This document shows positions 9,007 through 17,814 of a DNA stretch of 64,000 nucleotides, piece after piece. Where the stretch lies: contig CAJQIG010000002.1 in NCBI GenBank assembly GCA_905478415.1, forward strand, positions 186,699 through 250,698, in the 5' to 3' direction. Within the stretch, counting starts at the first letter, position 1. Each line of letters begins with the position of its first letter. The DNA is from an uncultured Patescibacteria group bacterium (GTDB taxonomy: Bacteria > Patescibacteriota > Microgenomatia > UBA1400 > PJMF01). The translations under genes and the position numbers were made by a program. The notes under the pieces are model-generated. The model searched no databases and was not told where the DNA came from. It was given only the letters and a program-made list of their open reading frames with translations.

Positions 9007-10302
9007 GTGACAAATCAAGTAGTTTGGCATGAAATCTCAGCAACTAAGTTGGCAGAAAAAATGGAAACTGGTGACTCTAACAGCGACTTACAACAGGCGC
9101 GTGGAATCAAGTATGGTCACCATACATATGGTGAAATGTATATGATTGAGCGTGAGAAATCACTTGGCCATTGGCCTCATTTCTTTGCTCAATTCTGTGC
9201 ACAACAGCAGTTGAAAGTTACTGGCAACATTACTGTTGTTGGTATCAATGATGGTCAAGAAGTGGCAGTCTTACCAGCTCGTAGTATTGTCGGTTTTGAC
9301 ATTGCTGCAGCGGCACTCGAACGTGGCCGTCAGGCATTTCCATACATTGATTTTAAATTGATGGATATCACGATTGGTGAGTTAGCGGCTAAAAATGCCG
9401 ACGTCTATCTCAGTTTCCGTACTGCCCATATTTTTTTTAATGAGCAGTTGGCTCACATTGTGAGTCAGGCTTATCGGAATTTGAAAGGCGGCGGCAAAGC
9501 TGTATTTTCAGTTCCAGGTGGCTATATGGAAGCAGATGGCACCATAGTGATTGGACAGAAAGTTGAAGGTGGTGTAAATCGCCAAAAACCTTTTGAAGAT
9601 GCCGGACGGATTGCGGAAGCAATGCGTGTTGCAGGCTTCTTAGATGTTGCAATTGTAGATCACGGTATTGAGATTTTTGTTGTTGGTTTGCGACCATGGA
9701 GTATTTTGTTTGTAAACGGCAGTCCTCGTTCAAAAGGGAACTCGGATCAACTGGTTACCTATTTGATGGGAGAAGCACAAGCGATGGGGTTTAGTCCTCA
9801 GTCTGTGAATCTTCGTTCAAAAAAACCAGCTCCGATTGCTTTTTGTACTGGGTGCGATCACTGTCACGCAGTGAAGCACAATGTCTGCGTTTTTAAAAAG
9901 GACTACTTCACGCTTGAGGTCGAACAGCGAATGCTTGATGCAGATGCTGTGTACTTGGTGAGTCCCAGCTACCAAGCTGGGGTCACTGGTTTCATGAAAA
10001 TCTTCATGGACCGGTGTGAAGTCTTCCGTAAAGGACGTTTGCTTAAGAACAAAGTATGTGGAGGAGCTGCTATCGGCGGCTATGCCGGCGGTGGGCAAGA
10101 GTCCATTTTGCATCAAATGCATTTCTTTGCACAAATCCTGGCAATGCGCTGGGTAGGTGCACATGGTAAACGTCGTTCTCACCTTGGTGGGCACCTAATC
10201 GGTTACGATAAGGGTGCTGTCATGGAAGATGAAGACGGCCTAACCAGTGCACGTAATGTGCTGGTTGAAATGCGAAGTTTATTGGAAGATATTGCAAGCT
10301 GA
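9007..10302 (+). CDS. fusion protein: class I SAM-methyltransferase-like domain plus a C-terminal iron-sulfur flavoprotein / NADPH-dependent FMN reductase-like domain (GTG start)
   Basis: MT-like segment (VVGINDG...FDIAAAALERG...DV); LFVNGSPRSKGNS flavodoxin-like motif; compact Cys cluster CTGCDHCHAVKHNVC (Cx2Cx2Cx7C) as in Isf proteins. Confidence 0.5.
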   Translation: MTNQVVWHEISATKLAEKMETGDSNSDLQQARGIKYGHHTYGEMYMIEREKSLGHWPHFFAQFCAQQQLKVTGNITVVGINDGQEVAVLPARSIVGFDIAAAALERGRQAFPYIDFKLMDITIGELAAKNADVYLSFRTAHIFFNEQLAHIVSQAYRNLKGGGKAVFSVPGGYMEADGTIVIGQKVEGGVNRQKPFEDAGRIAEAMRVAGFLDVAIVDHGIEIFVVGLRPWSILFVNGSPRSKGNSDQLVTYLMGEAQAMGFSPQSVNLRSKKPAPIAFCTGCDHCHAVKHNVCVFKKDYFTLEVEQRMLDADAVYLVSPSYQAGVTGFMKIFMDRCEVFRKGRLLKNKVCGGAAIGGYAGGGQESILHQMHFFAQILAMRWVGAHGKRRSHLGGHLIGYDKGAVMEDEDGLTSARNVLVEMRSLLEDIAS

Positions 10303-10326
10303 ACACATTTTTTTGAAGTTATAGAA

Positions 10327-10362
10327 TGGGCTGGGTGTTTAATAACATCCAGCCCTTTTTTT
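10327..10362. terminator. bidirectional hairpin terminator between convergent genes
   Basis: gggctgg...ccagccc stem followed by ttttttt. Confidence 0.55.
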
Positions 10363-10783
10363 ATTTATTTTGTAGTTTTTCAATATCTACCTTGGTTGCA
10401 ACAGAGAGGGGGAGGTGTTGAGCTTCTTCGAGATTGAACCATTGTAGTTGTGAAATTTTTGTTGGTTCAAGGATCGTTGGGGTGCCGGAACGTATAGAGC
10501 AGATAAAAGTGAGTGCTACCCAATGTTGTTTTTCGTTGGTAAGGATATGATCAATGGTGCTCAGCTGGCTCTCTACCTGTATTATTACTCCAATTTCTTC
10601 TTGTACTTCTCTGATAAGAGCTTCTTGAAGTGTTTCACCAAACTCAACGGTACCGCCAGGAATTTCCCAAGTACCACGCTCATTTTTTGCAGCTGGTCCA
10701 CGTAAGCTAAGTAGAATTTTGTTATCAGGGTCTAAGATAACTGCTCCAACCCCAACCCCAATACAGTCTGTTCCTATTTTCAT
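10361..10783 (-). CDS. NUDIX hydrolase
   Basis: Nudix box GGTVEFGETLQEALIREVQEEIGV. Confidence 0.75.
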   Translation of the reverse strand: MKIGTDCIGVGVGAVILDPDNKILLSLRGPAAKNERGTWEIPGGTVEFGETLQEALIREVQEEIGVIIQVESQLSTIDHILTNEKQHWVALTFICSIRSGTPTILEPTKISQLQWFNLEEAQHLPLSVATKVDIEKLQNK

Positions 10784-10795
10784 AGTTTTTTCTAT

Positions 10796-10828
10796 AAAAA
10801 TGCCAGATTCATAGAATCTGGCATTTTA
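10796..10828. terminator. hairpin terminator downstream of rplA
   Basis: aaaaa-tgccagattc-ataga-atctggca-tttt. Confidence 0.55.
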
Positions 10829-10844
10829 AATAACTTTTTTTTCT

Positions 10845-11561
10845 TTACACCTCAAAATCAACTTTAATCCCAGGACTCATGGTCGCAGAAAGAGTAGATT
10901 TAAGGACTTTTCCTTTAAGAGCAGTCATCAAAGCGTTGTAGTTTTCAACGAGTTCTTTTGTATCCATTGAAACTTTTCCAATGGTTACATGAATAACTGG
11001 TCGTTTCTTTTCTGTCTTAATGATCAGCTCACCTTTTTCAAGATCAGCCTTCTTCTGTTCTGGATTTGCAGTCACAGTACCGTTCTTTGGGTTTGGCATT
11101 AAGCCTCTTGGGCCCAAAACACGAGCGTGTTTGGCTATTTTAGGCATAAACTGTGGAGTCGTGATCAATGCATCAAAATCGATGTTGCCGGCTTCAATTT
11201 CAGCTAGGACAGCGTCATCAACGATAACTACTTTGAGTGATTTTCCAGTAGAGTGGGGAAGCGTAAGCTTGTTTTGGACTCCAGTTTCTCTGACAACTCC
11301 ATCAACAGTAATACTACCGTCGAATTTTGAGTATGAAAGTTTCTTGGTAAGTTCAATCGCAGAGAAAGCGTCGTAGATCTTGGTTTTATCGACCTGTGAA
11401 CGAGTTGCTACATACTTCTTGCTGCGAATTCGAGCAGCTTTTTTTTCTGCTTTTGGAGCAGCTGTTTCAGCATCGCTTTCTACAGCAGGTGCTTGTGTGT
11501 TTTCGACAATTTTGACCTCATCAGTGGTCGCGGACATGTCAACGTTTTTTTTCGATCCCAT
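10845..11561 (-). CDS. rplA: 50S ribosomal protein L1 with a ~45-aa N-terminal extension
   Basis: KKY...VD.TK.Y start of the L1 fold, GPRGLMPNPK motif, 238 aa. Confidence 0.9.
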   Translation of the reverse strand: MGSKKNVDMSATTDEVKIVENTQAPAVESDAETAAPKAEKKAARIRSKKYVATRSQVDKTKIYDAFSAIELTKKLSYSKFDGSITVDGVVRETGVQNKLTLPHSTGKSLKVVIVDDAVLAEIEAGNIDFDALITTPQFMPKIAKHARVLGPRGLMPNPKNGTVTANPEQKKADLEKGELIIKTEKKRPVIHVTIGKVSMDTKELVENYNALMTALKGKVLKSTLSATMSPGIKVDFEV

Positions 11562-11618
11562 GGTATCTCCTTAATTCCGTCAAAGCGGGGTATAAGTAAT
11601 TAATACTTTTCGTGCATT

Positions 11619-11666
11619 GCACCTCTTTTATTCATCTGCTATCGCCAGGCTGAACAAAAGAGGTGC
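11619..11666. other. 11-bp-stem hairpin in the rplK-rplA intergenic region (possible L1 autoregulatory/attenuator structure)
   Basis: gcacctctttt ... aaaagaggtgc perfect inverted repeat. Confidence 0.3.
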
Positions 11667-11690
11667 AAGGTACTCTTTTTCTTCTTACAA

Positions 11691-12116
11691 TTACTCAGCA
11701 ATGGCAACACCCATACTTCGGGCTGCACCCTTGACTGAGTTCATAGCTGCTTCAACATCATTGGTGTTGAGGTCAGGTAGTTTTTCAGTAGCGATAGCTC
11801 GAACTTGATCCATTGTTAGGGTTCCCACTGAGTTGCGACCTGGAGTTTGACTTCCAGATTTGAGTTTGAGCACTTGCTTGATCATAGCTGATACTGGAGG
11901 TAGTTTGAGTTCGTATGTGAATGAACGGTCTGCATAGACAGTGATTTCAGCAGGAATAGTTTGACCTTTTTTGTCTTGAGTAGCAGCATTATACTGCTTC
12001 AAGAAGTCCATCATGTTGATTCCAGCTTGACCAAGAATAGGTCCCACTGGAGGAGCTGGAGTTGCGGTACCAGCTGGAAGATTAAGTTTGAGTTTGTTAA
12101 TTATTTTTTTTGCCAT
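11691..12116 (-). CDS. rplK: 50S ribosomal protein L11
   Basis: PAGTATPAPPVGPILGQAGIN motif; 141 aa. Confidence 0.9.
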   Translation of the reverse strand: MAKKIINKLKLNLPAGTATPAPPVGPILGQAGINMMDFLKQYNAATQDKKGQTIPAEITVYADRSFTYELKLPPVSAMIKQVLKLKSGSQTPGRNSVGTLTMDQVRAIATEKLPDLNTNDVEAAMNSVKGAARSMGVAIAE

Positions 12117-12136
12117 ACGTTGCTTTTATATTATTC

Positions 12137-12748
12137 TTATACTTTCTTTACTTGGAGGAAATCGAGGGTAACTGGAGTCTCACGACCGAAAATGTTAACC
12201 AGGACTTCGACTTGACCTTTTTCTTCATTAATTGCATTGACTGTTCCGAGGAAGTCGTTGAACGGACCATCGACAATGCGGACCGCTTCGCCTTCGACAT
12301 AATCTGCCTTGTATGAAGGAGCAGCTTGAGTCATGTACTTCATGATGGCTTTGACTTCATGCTTAGGAAGAGCAGTTGGTTTGTTACCAACTCCAACGAA
12401 ACCAGTGACTCCTTGAGTGGTGCGAACAGCTAACCAAGAATCATCTGTGAGTTCCATGTTAACTAACATGTACCCAGGGAAGATTTTTTCGCTGACAGTT
12501 TTTCGAGTTCCGCGTTTGATCTGAATTTTTTCTTGGGTTGGAATCAAAATTCCGAGAATTTTACCAGTTAAGTTCAAAGTTTCGACACGTTGCTTGAGGG
12601 CTTCAGCTACTTTGTTCTCGTGACCAGAGTAGGCGTGAACGACATACCAACGAGCCTTGCGGTTTTCGGCTTCCGAAACAACAATTAAGTTTGGGGTTTG
12701 CACCTTAACTTCTTGAACTTCTGGTGGTGTCATTGTTTGATCTGTCAT
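12137..12748 (-). CDS. nusG: transcription termination/antitermination factor NusG (N-terminal extension)
   Basis: WYVVHAYSGHENKV NGN domain; C-terminal KOW (GEAVRIVDGPFNDFLGTV). Confidence 0.85.
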   Translation of the reverse strand: MTDQTMTPPEVQEVKVQTPNLIVVSEAENRKARWYVVHAYSGHENKVAEALKQRVETLNLTGKILGILIPTQEKIQIKRGTRKTVSEKIFPGYMLVNMELTDDSWLAVRTTQGVTGFVGVGNKPTALPKHEVKAIMKYMTQAAPSYKADYVEGEAVRIVDGPFNDFLGTVNAINEEKGQVEVLVNIFGRETPVTLDFLQVKKV

Positions 12749-12782
12749 ATATTTTCTTTTTAGCTACAACTCCGGGCAGCAG

Positions 12783-12980
12783 TTATACCAATACAGCGAG
12801 TAATTTTGAGAAGATAAAATCTAATACTCCAATGTACAAACCAATTAAAATACTGACGCTGAGAACCAAGATTGTCTTTTCTTGTGTCTGTTCTCTTGAA
12901 GGCCAAGAAACCTTTTTGATTTCGCGGGTTACTTCCTTAAAGTACGTTGCAGGTTTGAACATAGGCAAGTATTGTAACAA
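12783..12980 (-). CDS. secE: preprotein translocase subunit SecE
   Basis: 65 aa; KEVTREIKKVSWPSREQ followed by one TM helix; conserved position upstream of nusG. Confidence 0.75.
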   Translation of the reverse strand: MLQYLPMFKPATYFKEVTREIKKVSWPSREQTQEKTILVLSVSILIGLYIGVLDFIFSKLLAVLV

Positions 12981-13022
12981 AAAAGATCAATTTTTGAAAT
13001 ACCCTAACTTAACGGGGCTTTT

Positions 13023-14753
13023 TTATGATTTATTTGTTGGGACTGTGGGACCACTTGGTGGAGTAATACCCTTACTTTTTACTCGTTCCATCATGCTGGA
13101 GGCAGGTTTTGACTCAGTCGCACTTGCTTGAGCAGGAGCTTGTGTAGCAGCAACCTGTTTTTCCAATGTTGCTTGGGTTGGCATACTTGCGGTTGGTGTT
13201 GTCATGCTGCGAGCAGTGGTTAATGGAGTCTCGATGTTTTGTCGTTTCTCAATATCTTGGGGTGCTGCTGGCTTTGTTGCAGGCGTAACTGGTGTTCCAG
13301 AGCTTTTTTTATTGCCGAGGGCTTTCTTTATAAGTAGCACAATCAGCGCTAGTATAAAGAGTCCGATGCCAGCTCCAATAACAATCAGTGGCAAGGCCGA
13401 ATCTGGTGTGCTCATCATCTGACGAAGGAGGTCGAGAGCACTTTCATTCTCAGCCAATGGAATATTTTCAAGAGTATCTGCTTTTTCCATACCAGGAATG
13501 ACGTTCTCTTGCTCAGGCGTGGTCTCTGTAGTTTCTGTTGTGGCTTCTTCTGTTGCATCGGTGGTTGTTTCTGCAATTTCAGCAGGTTTTCCAGTGTTCT
13601 CTGATTGTGAGTCTGCGCCCTTAGGAGCACTGTAGGTAGTAGAAATAATTGCAACTGTTGAAGGAGTGCAGCTGGTACTACTGACGTTTGTTGCCAGGCG
13701 GCAAGCTCCTTGATAACAGCGAAGATTGATGTCACAGTCGTCATTTGTCGAACAAGCAGTGTTACAGCTTAACGCTAAGTTTTCTTCTTCTTCTGTAGTG
13801 AGCGCAGTACAAGCTGTGTCCTCTGTATTTTGTGGATCTCGGCATTTATTATTCCAGCAGAAGAGGCCATCTTGGCATTCATTAGTGGTGGCACAGCCTT
13901 GGTTACAAGAGTACTCTGGGCCAGATACTGTGGTACTACATTGGTTGTTTGTTGGATTAATGGCTAAGCGACAGACACTTTTTTCACCTAAATCGTAGCA
14001 GCGTTGGTTAATACCGCACTCATCATTACTTGAACAATTGTCATTACAACTGACAACTTCGATGCCCCCAACTGCAGGTGATGGAGAAGGTGACGGAGAG
14101 ACATCTGGTGATGCTGATGGAGAAGGAGAGGGGCTCACTTCTGGATCATCGCTTGGTTCTTCGTTAACAGTTAGGGTGAGTGAAGGCACGTGCTTGAGTT
14201 TGTCCTCGAGAGGATTGCTTCCGTGGAGAATAGAGATTGATTCTTCACGATCAAAGTTAAAAGTAATGGTCCCTGCTTGCGTAGGAATGAAGCTGACTCT
14301 TAGAAAGGCCGCTGGTTCAGCGGTGGTAAATGGTTGTCCAATTTGGGCAGGAAGAGCGAGCGCTTGCACTAGGAAGCCATCTTGCGTACGTTCAACTTGT
14401 GTACCTGCTGCTTGTAGACCAGTGCCAGTAATGACATCGGCAGTGAGCGTATCAAAACTGTCTGAGATAACGTTAAAGAGAACTTGGATTCCATCCGTGG
14501 GGACTGAGTGGGTAGTGACTTTGAAGACAACCTCAGTTTCTTGACCAACAGTAATCTTGGTTCCAGGGGTAACCGTGTTTGAAATTTCGACAACGCCGTT
14601 ATCGATTGATGCTTGTCTTCGAATATCTTGAGGGTTTTGCAGAGGGGCTTGCACAAGGAGCAGGCCGACAACACTAAAAGCTACCGTCAAAACAGCCAGC
14701 AGGACGCCAGTTGTTGATGGTTTTTGAAGAAATGATTTTGTTGTCTTTTTCAT
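13023..14753 (-). CDS. cell-surface protein: signal peptide, cohesin-like beta domain, Pro/Ser linker, 3x six-cysteine modules, acidic T/E-rich region, C-terminal TM anchor and S/T/P-rich tail
   Basis: N-terminal hydrophobic leader. TKITVGQETEVVFKV...GIQVLFNVISDSFD resembles cohesin. PSPSPSASPDVSPSPSPSP linker. Three repeats with spacing Cx3Cx5Cx5Cx4-8Cx10C. C-terminal LPLIVIGAGIGLFILALIVLLI. Confidence 0.5.
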   Translation of the reverse strand: MKKTTKSFLQKPSTTGVLLAVLTVAFSVVGLLLVQAPLQNPQDIRRQASIDNGVVEISNTVTPGTKITVGQETEVVFKVTTHSVPTDGIQVLFNVISDSFDTLTADVITGTGLQAAGTQVERTQDGFLVQALALPAQIGQPFTTAEPAAFLRVSFIPTQAGTITFNFDREESISILHGSNPLEDKLKHVPSLTLTVNEEPSDDPEVSPSPSPSASPDVSPSPSPSPAVGGIEVVSCNDNCSSNDECGINQRCYDLGEKSVCRLAINPTNNQCSTTVSGPEYSCNQGCATTNECQDGLFCWNNKCRDPQNTEDTACTALTTEEEENLALSCNTACSTNDDCDINLRCYQGACRLATNVSSTSCTPSTVAIISTTYSAPKGADSQSENTGKPAEIAETTTDATEEATTETTETTPEQENVIPGMEKADTLENIPLAENESALDLLRQMMSTPDSALPLIVIGAGIGLFILALIVLLIKKALGNKKSSGTPVTPATKPAAPQDIEKRQNIETPLTTARSMTTPTASMPTQATLEKQVAATQAPAQASATESKPASSMMERVKSKGITPPSGPTVPTNKS

Positions 14754-14768
14754 AGGTGCCGATACTCC

Positions 14769-15743
14769 TTATTGAGTTACTGTGAATTTTCCTGCCATGA
14801 TTGAGTAATCTTTAATGTCTACACTCGAGTCGCAGTTTATATCTGCGGTAAGCATACTATTCCGAGTTAAGAATTCTCGACTTAAAATAGCAAAGTCTCT
14901 CAGGTCCACTTTTCCATCCGTATTGAGGTCTGGATTGTTAGCACATTTTTTAGCATCAAAGGTGTGTTGGTGTTTATTGTTGTCGTAGTTTGTTTCTTGG
15001 ATGATGGTTTCTCCATGGGTATCAACAGTATCAATACTGAAGAGAAAACGGTTTCTTTCCTGAGCTACGAAAGATCCGGAAAGTTTAGTCATGTAGCCAT
15101 CTTGGTGAGCAGTGAGCATGTTGTAGAAGACAAGATCTCCCGTTTTGTTTCGATTTGATGTGAGTGATACAAAAAAACTTGGAAGTTGTTCAGTGGGACC
15201 TTTCACCAGGTTTTGTAGAGCTACATCGACGCTGAAATAGTAGGTTTTACCAGTCATGAGTTCAGATTCTGGGACTTCGTCAGTGAGAGCTTCATCAAAA
15301 AAGAAGGTTGGGGTATCGAGTTGAGTAGTATCAGTGAAGAAAATATCTTCAATTGGCTGGGTGCAAACAATAATGGGATCACAAGGAGCGGCAAAACACT
15401 CAACCTGTTGGTATCGACATCCAGGAGGAAGTTCGCAGATTCTACGGCTTGCACAACTGCCTTCAGTCAAAGCACCTTCTGTCTCAAGACACACATCTAG
15501 GTTTTGGCACGGTTCTATAACTTCATCTCTAGAAACGGCAACAGTTGCAGTACTAGCATCGGAGCGTACATCGACGGACTTATTTGATTGAAGATCCTGA
15601 AGTACAAAAAATGATCCGATAATACCAGCTACAACTAAGAAGATACTAAATCCAAACAACGCGCCACTGAGTCCATTAGAAAGTCGAGTCAGAGGAGAGT
15701 TCGATAAAGATGTAGTTTTGTGCATAAAAGGCAAACTAGGCAT
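14769..15743 (-). CDS. membrane-anchored cysteine-rich surface protein with a C-terminal type-I dockerin domain
   Basis: N-terminal TM; 9-Cys cluster; tandem dockerin repeats DLNTDGKVDLRDFAIL and DINCDSSVDIKDYSIM. Confidence 0.55.
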   Translation of the reverse strand: MPSLPFMHKTTSLSNSPLTRLSNGLSGALFGFSIFLVVAGIIGSFFVLQDLQSNKSVDVRSDASTATVAVSRDEVIEPCQNLDVCLETEGALTEGSCASRRICELPPGCRYQQVECFAAPCDPIIVCTQPIEDIFFTDTTQLDTPTFFFDEALTDEVPESELMTGKTYYFSVDVALQNLVKGPTEQLPSFFVSLTSNRNKTGDLVFYNMLTAHQDGYMTKLSGSFVAQERNRFLFSIDTVDTHGETIIQETNYDNNKHQHTFDAKKCANNPDLNTDGKVDLRDFAILSREFLTRNSMLTADINCDSSVDIKDYSIMAGKFTVTQ

Positions 15744-15929
15744 ACTATGTAATAGACTGCATATACATAGTATCGAATTTTTGGCATCTTGTTTAGTCTG
15801 AATTTTTGTCGAGAGAGTATTGGGTGGGAAAAATGTTACAATGTATGAAGAAGTGTGATACTTTTAAGTATAGTGTAAAATGAAATAGTTAAAGACTATT
15901 ATTTTGCGTAACAATAAAAAGGAGAGCAT

Positions 15930-16814
15930 ATGACCGAACATCCAGTTAGAAAAGCCATTATCACTGATGCTGGTTTTGCCAGCCGATATCTTCCCATTAC
16001 TAAATCAGTGCCAAAAGGTATGTTACCACTTGGGAACAAACCAATTATGCAGTTTATGGTTGAGGAATGCGCTGAAGCGGGGATCGAAGAGATTATCATT
16101 GTGGCTACCCCAGAAGGAAAGCCAGTCTACGAAGATTACTTCAACAACAGTGTCAACAGAATTCGTAAGCAGCTAGCTGCTCAAGGCAAAGAAGATCGAT
16201 ACGAACCGGTGCAACATGTGCTTAATTTTCCAAAAATTGTAGTGATTACTCAAGACGAGAGTTTGCCATATGGGAATGGTTCTCCAGTAGCTTCTGCTCA
16301 AAAATTTGTCGAAGGAGAAGAAGCCTTTTTAGTTATGTACAGTGATGATGTCCTGTTTGGCGATCAAGGTGATGCTAAGACAATGGTTGATTTGTACGAA
16401 GCCAATCCAGACGTAGCCGGCATTATTATGTCTCAGGCAGTCAGCCCTAAAGTGGTTGATAAATATGGAATTATCACCTTTAAAGATGGATCTGATACAG
16501 ATCTCGACTTTATTGTTGAGAAACCTGATAAAGGAACAGAACCATCTCTCTTAGCTTCGTATGGACGATATTTGTTAACTCCAGCAGTGTTGCAATATCT
16601 TGTTCCAACAAATACTGGTAAGGATAATGAACTCTGGACTGTAGATGCAATTACCCAGGTTTCAAAAACAAAACGAATTTTAGTTGGTAAGACAAAAGGT
16701 GAGTGGATGACCACCGGTGATCCTGAAAATTACTTCAAGGCCCACCTTAAGTTTGTGCTTAATAACGAGAAGTATGGTTCAAAGGTGTCAGAGTGGGTCA
16801 AAGAGTTGGCCTAG
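15930..16814 (+). CDS. galU: UTP--glucose-1-phosphate uridylyltransferase
   Basis: KAIITDAGFASRYLPITKSVPKGMLPLGNKPIMQF nucleotidyltransferase motif. Confidence 0.8.
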   Translation: MTEHPVRKAIITDAGFASRYLPITKSVPKGMLPLGNKPIMQFMVEECAEAGIEEIIIVATPEGKPVYEDYFNNSVNRIRKQLAAQGKEDRYEPVQHVLNFPKIVVITQDESLPYGNGSPVASAQKFVEGEEAFLVMYSDDVLFGDQGDAKTMVDLYEANPDVAGIIMSQAVSPKVVDKYGIITFKDGSDTDLDFIVEKPDKGTEPSLLASYGRYLLTPAVLQYLVPTNTGKDNELWTVDAITQVSKTKRILVGKTKGEWMTTGDPENYFKAHLKFVLNNEKYGSKVSEWVKELA

Positions 16815-17158
16815 TTTGAGATTTTTGATCATCTTTTGAGATGCTTTGGATAGTTGTATACTGAACCTATTCAAGCAATTGAAGAACATTAATAAACAGT
16901 CCTGTGTGAGAGGTGCGAGTTTTCCCGAATAATTCACGTACGGGTTTATGGATGTTGAAATGCTCTGTGGAGTACTTCACTTCCTACCCACTTTAGTTCC
17001 TGTGGGAATTAGATGCCTCTCACGCAGGGCTGTTTTGTAGTTTAAAGAGACAAGTGTTTGATCTCTATTTAATTCTCAAGGACAACTTGATTTGCATCTT
17101 CAAAAACTTCGTGATGAATTCTTCGATACATAGATTTTAAGCGGGTAAATTACTTCAA

Positions 17159-17186
17159 TTTACAATTGAGTCCTATATGTTATAAT
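17159..17186 (+). promoter_or_regulatory. promoter with extended -10 (TTTACA-16-TGtTATAAT)
   Basis: upstream of the 17256 ORF. Confidence 0.45.
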
Positions 17187-17255
17187 ATAGGTGCTTAAAC
17201 ATAGTAATTATGTCCGGATTCTTATCTGGCATACCGTTCCTTAAAGGAGAAAACA

Positions 17256-17546
17256 GTGGTTACACCAAATCATTTAGATGTCACAGAAGTTGTTAAAACA
17301 GAAGGTGGTTTTCTAGCAACAAAATCAGTGAAAACCGTTTCGATTACCAACAATCATCAAACTGAGTCAGTTTCAGTAAGGTATTGTCATCACAATGTGA
17401 TGTCGCATTACAGCTACGGAAGCATCCCTCAACAAATAATCTGGCTTACTCCAGGTTTTAGCGTTGATATAATTATGGATCACGACGGCTCCATCGAGAT
17501 ATTCGGAAGTGGGATGCCAGTCAAGTTGATAACTCACTCGACCTAA
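17256..17546 (+). CDS. hypothetical small protein
   Basis: 96-aa ORF (GTG start) with a promoter upstream and a terminator downstream. Confidence 0.3.
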   Translation: MVTPNHLDVTEVVKTEGGFLATKSVKTVSITNNHQTESVSVRYCHHNVMSHYSYGSIPQQIIWLTPGFSVDIIMDHDGSIEIFGSGMPVKLITHST

Positions 17547-17571
17547 TACCTTAGTTTTTATGTTTAATGTA

Positions 17572-17603
17572 CAAAGCGCCATTTTTTATGGCGCTTTTTT
17601 TTG
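17572..17603 (+). terminator. rho-independent terminator
   Basis: gcgccat-ttttt-atggcgc followed by tttttttt. Confidence 0.6.
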
Positions 17604-17742
17604 AGGCAATAGACATGCAGGGTGTAGGGGAAACGCTAGGGTACTTTTGGTTACTATTTTATTGAATTGAGATTTAGTAAGCTATGTAGTACACTACATG
17701 TCTTGTACTTGGTACAATGAGAGTTGTAGTGCGTCTAGATTT

Positions 17743-17814
17743 GCCGAAGTGGCTCAGTGGTAGAGCACCATCTTGGTAAGATGGGGGTCACGGGTTCGAT
17801 TCCCGTCTTCGGCT
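17743..17814 (+). tRNA. tRNA-Thr (anticodon GGT)
   Basis: cloverleaf folded by hand: acceptor gccgaag/cttcggc, anticodon loop TTGGTAA, T-loop TTCGATT; no CCA encoded. Confidence 0.85.

Noticed and set aside
11020-11574. Plus-strand ORFs 11020-11376 and 11380-11574 antisense to rplA
   Set aside because: Shadow ORFs opposite a ribosomal protein gene.
13204-14674. Several ORFs of 70-170 aa on both strands inside the 576-aa surface-protein gene
   Set aside because: Low-complexity translations produced by the Ser/Pro/Thr-rich coding repeats of the real minus-strand gene.
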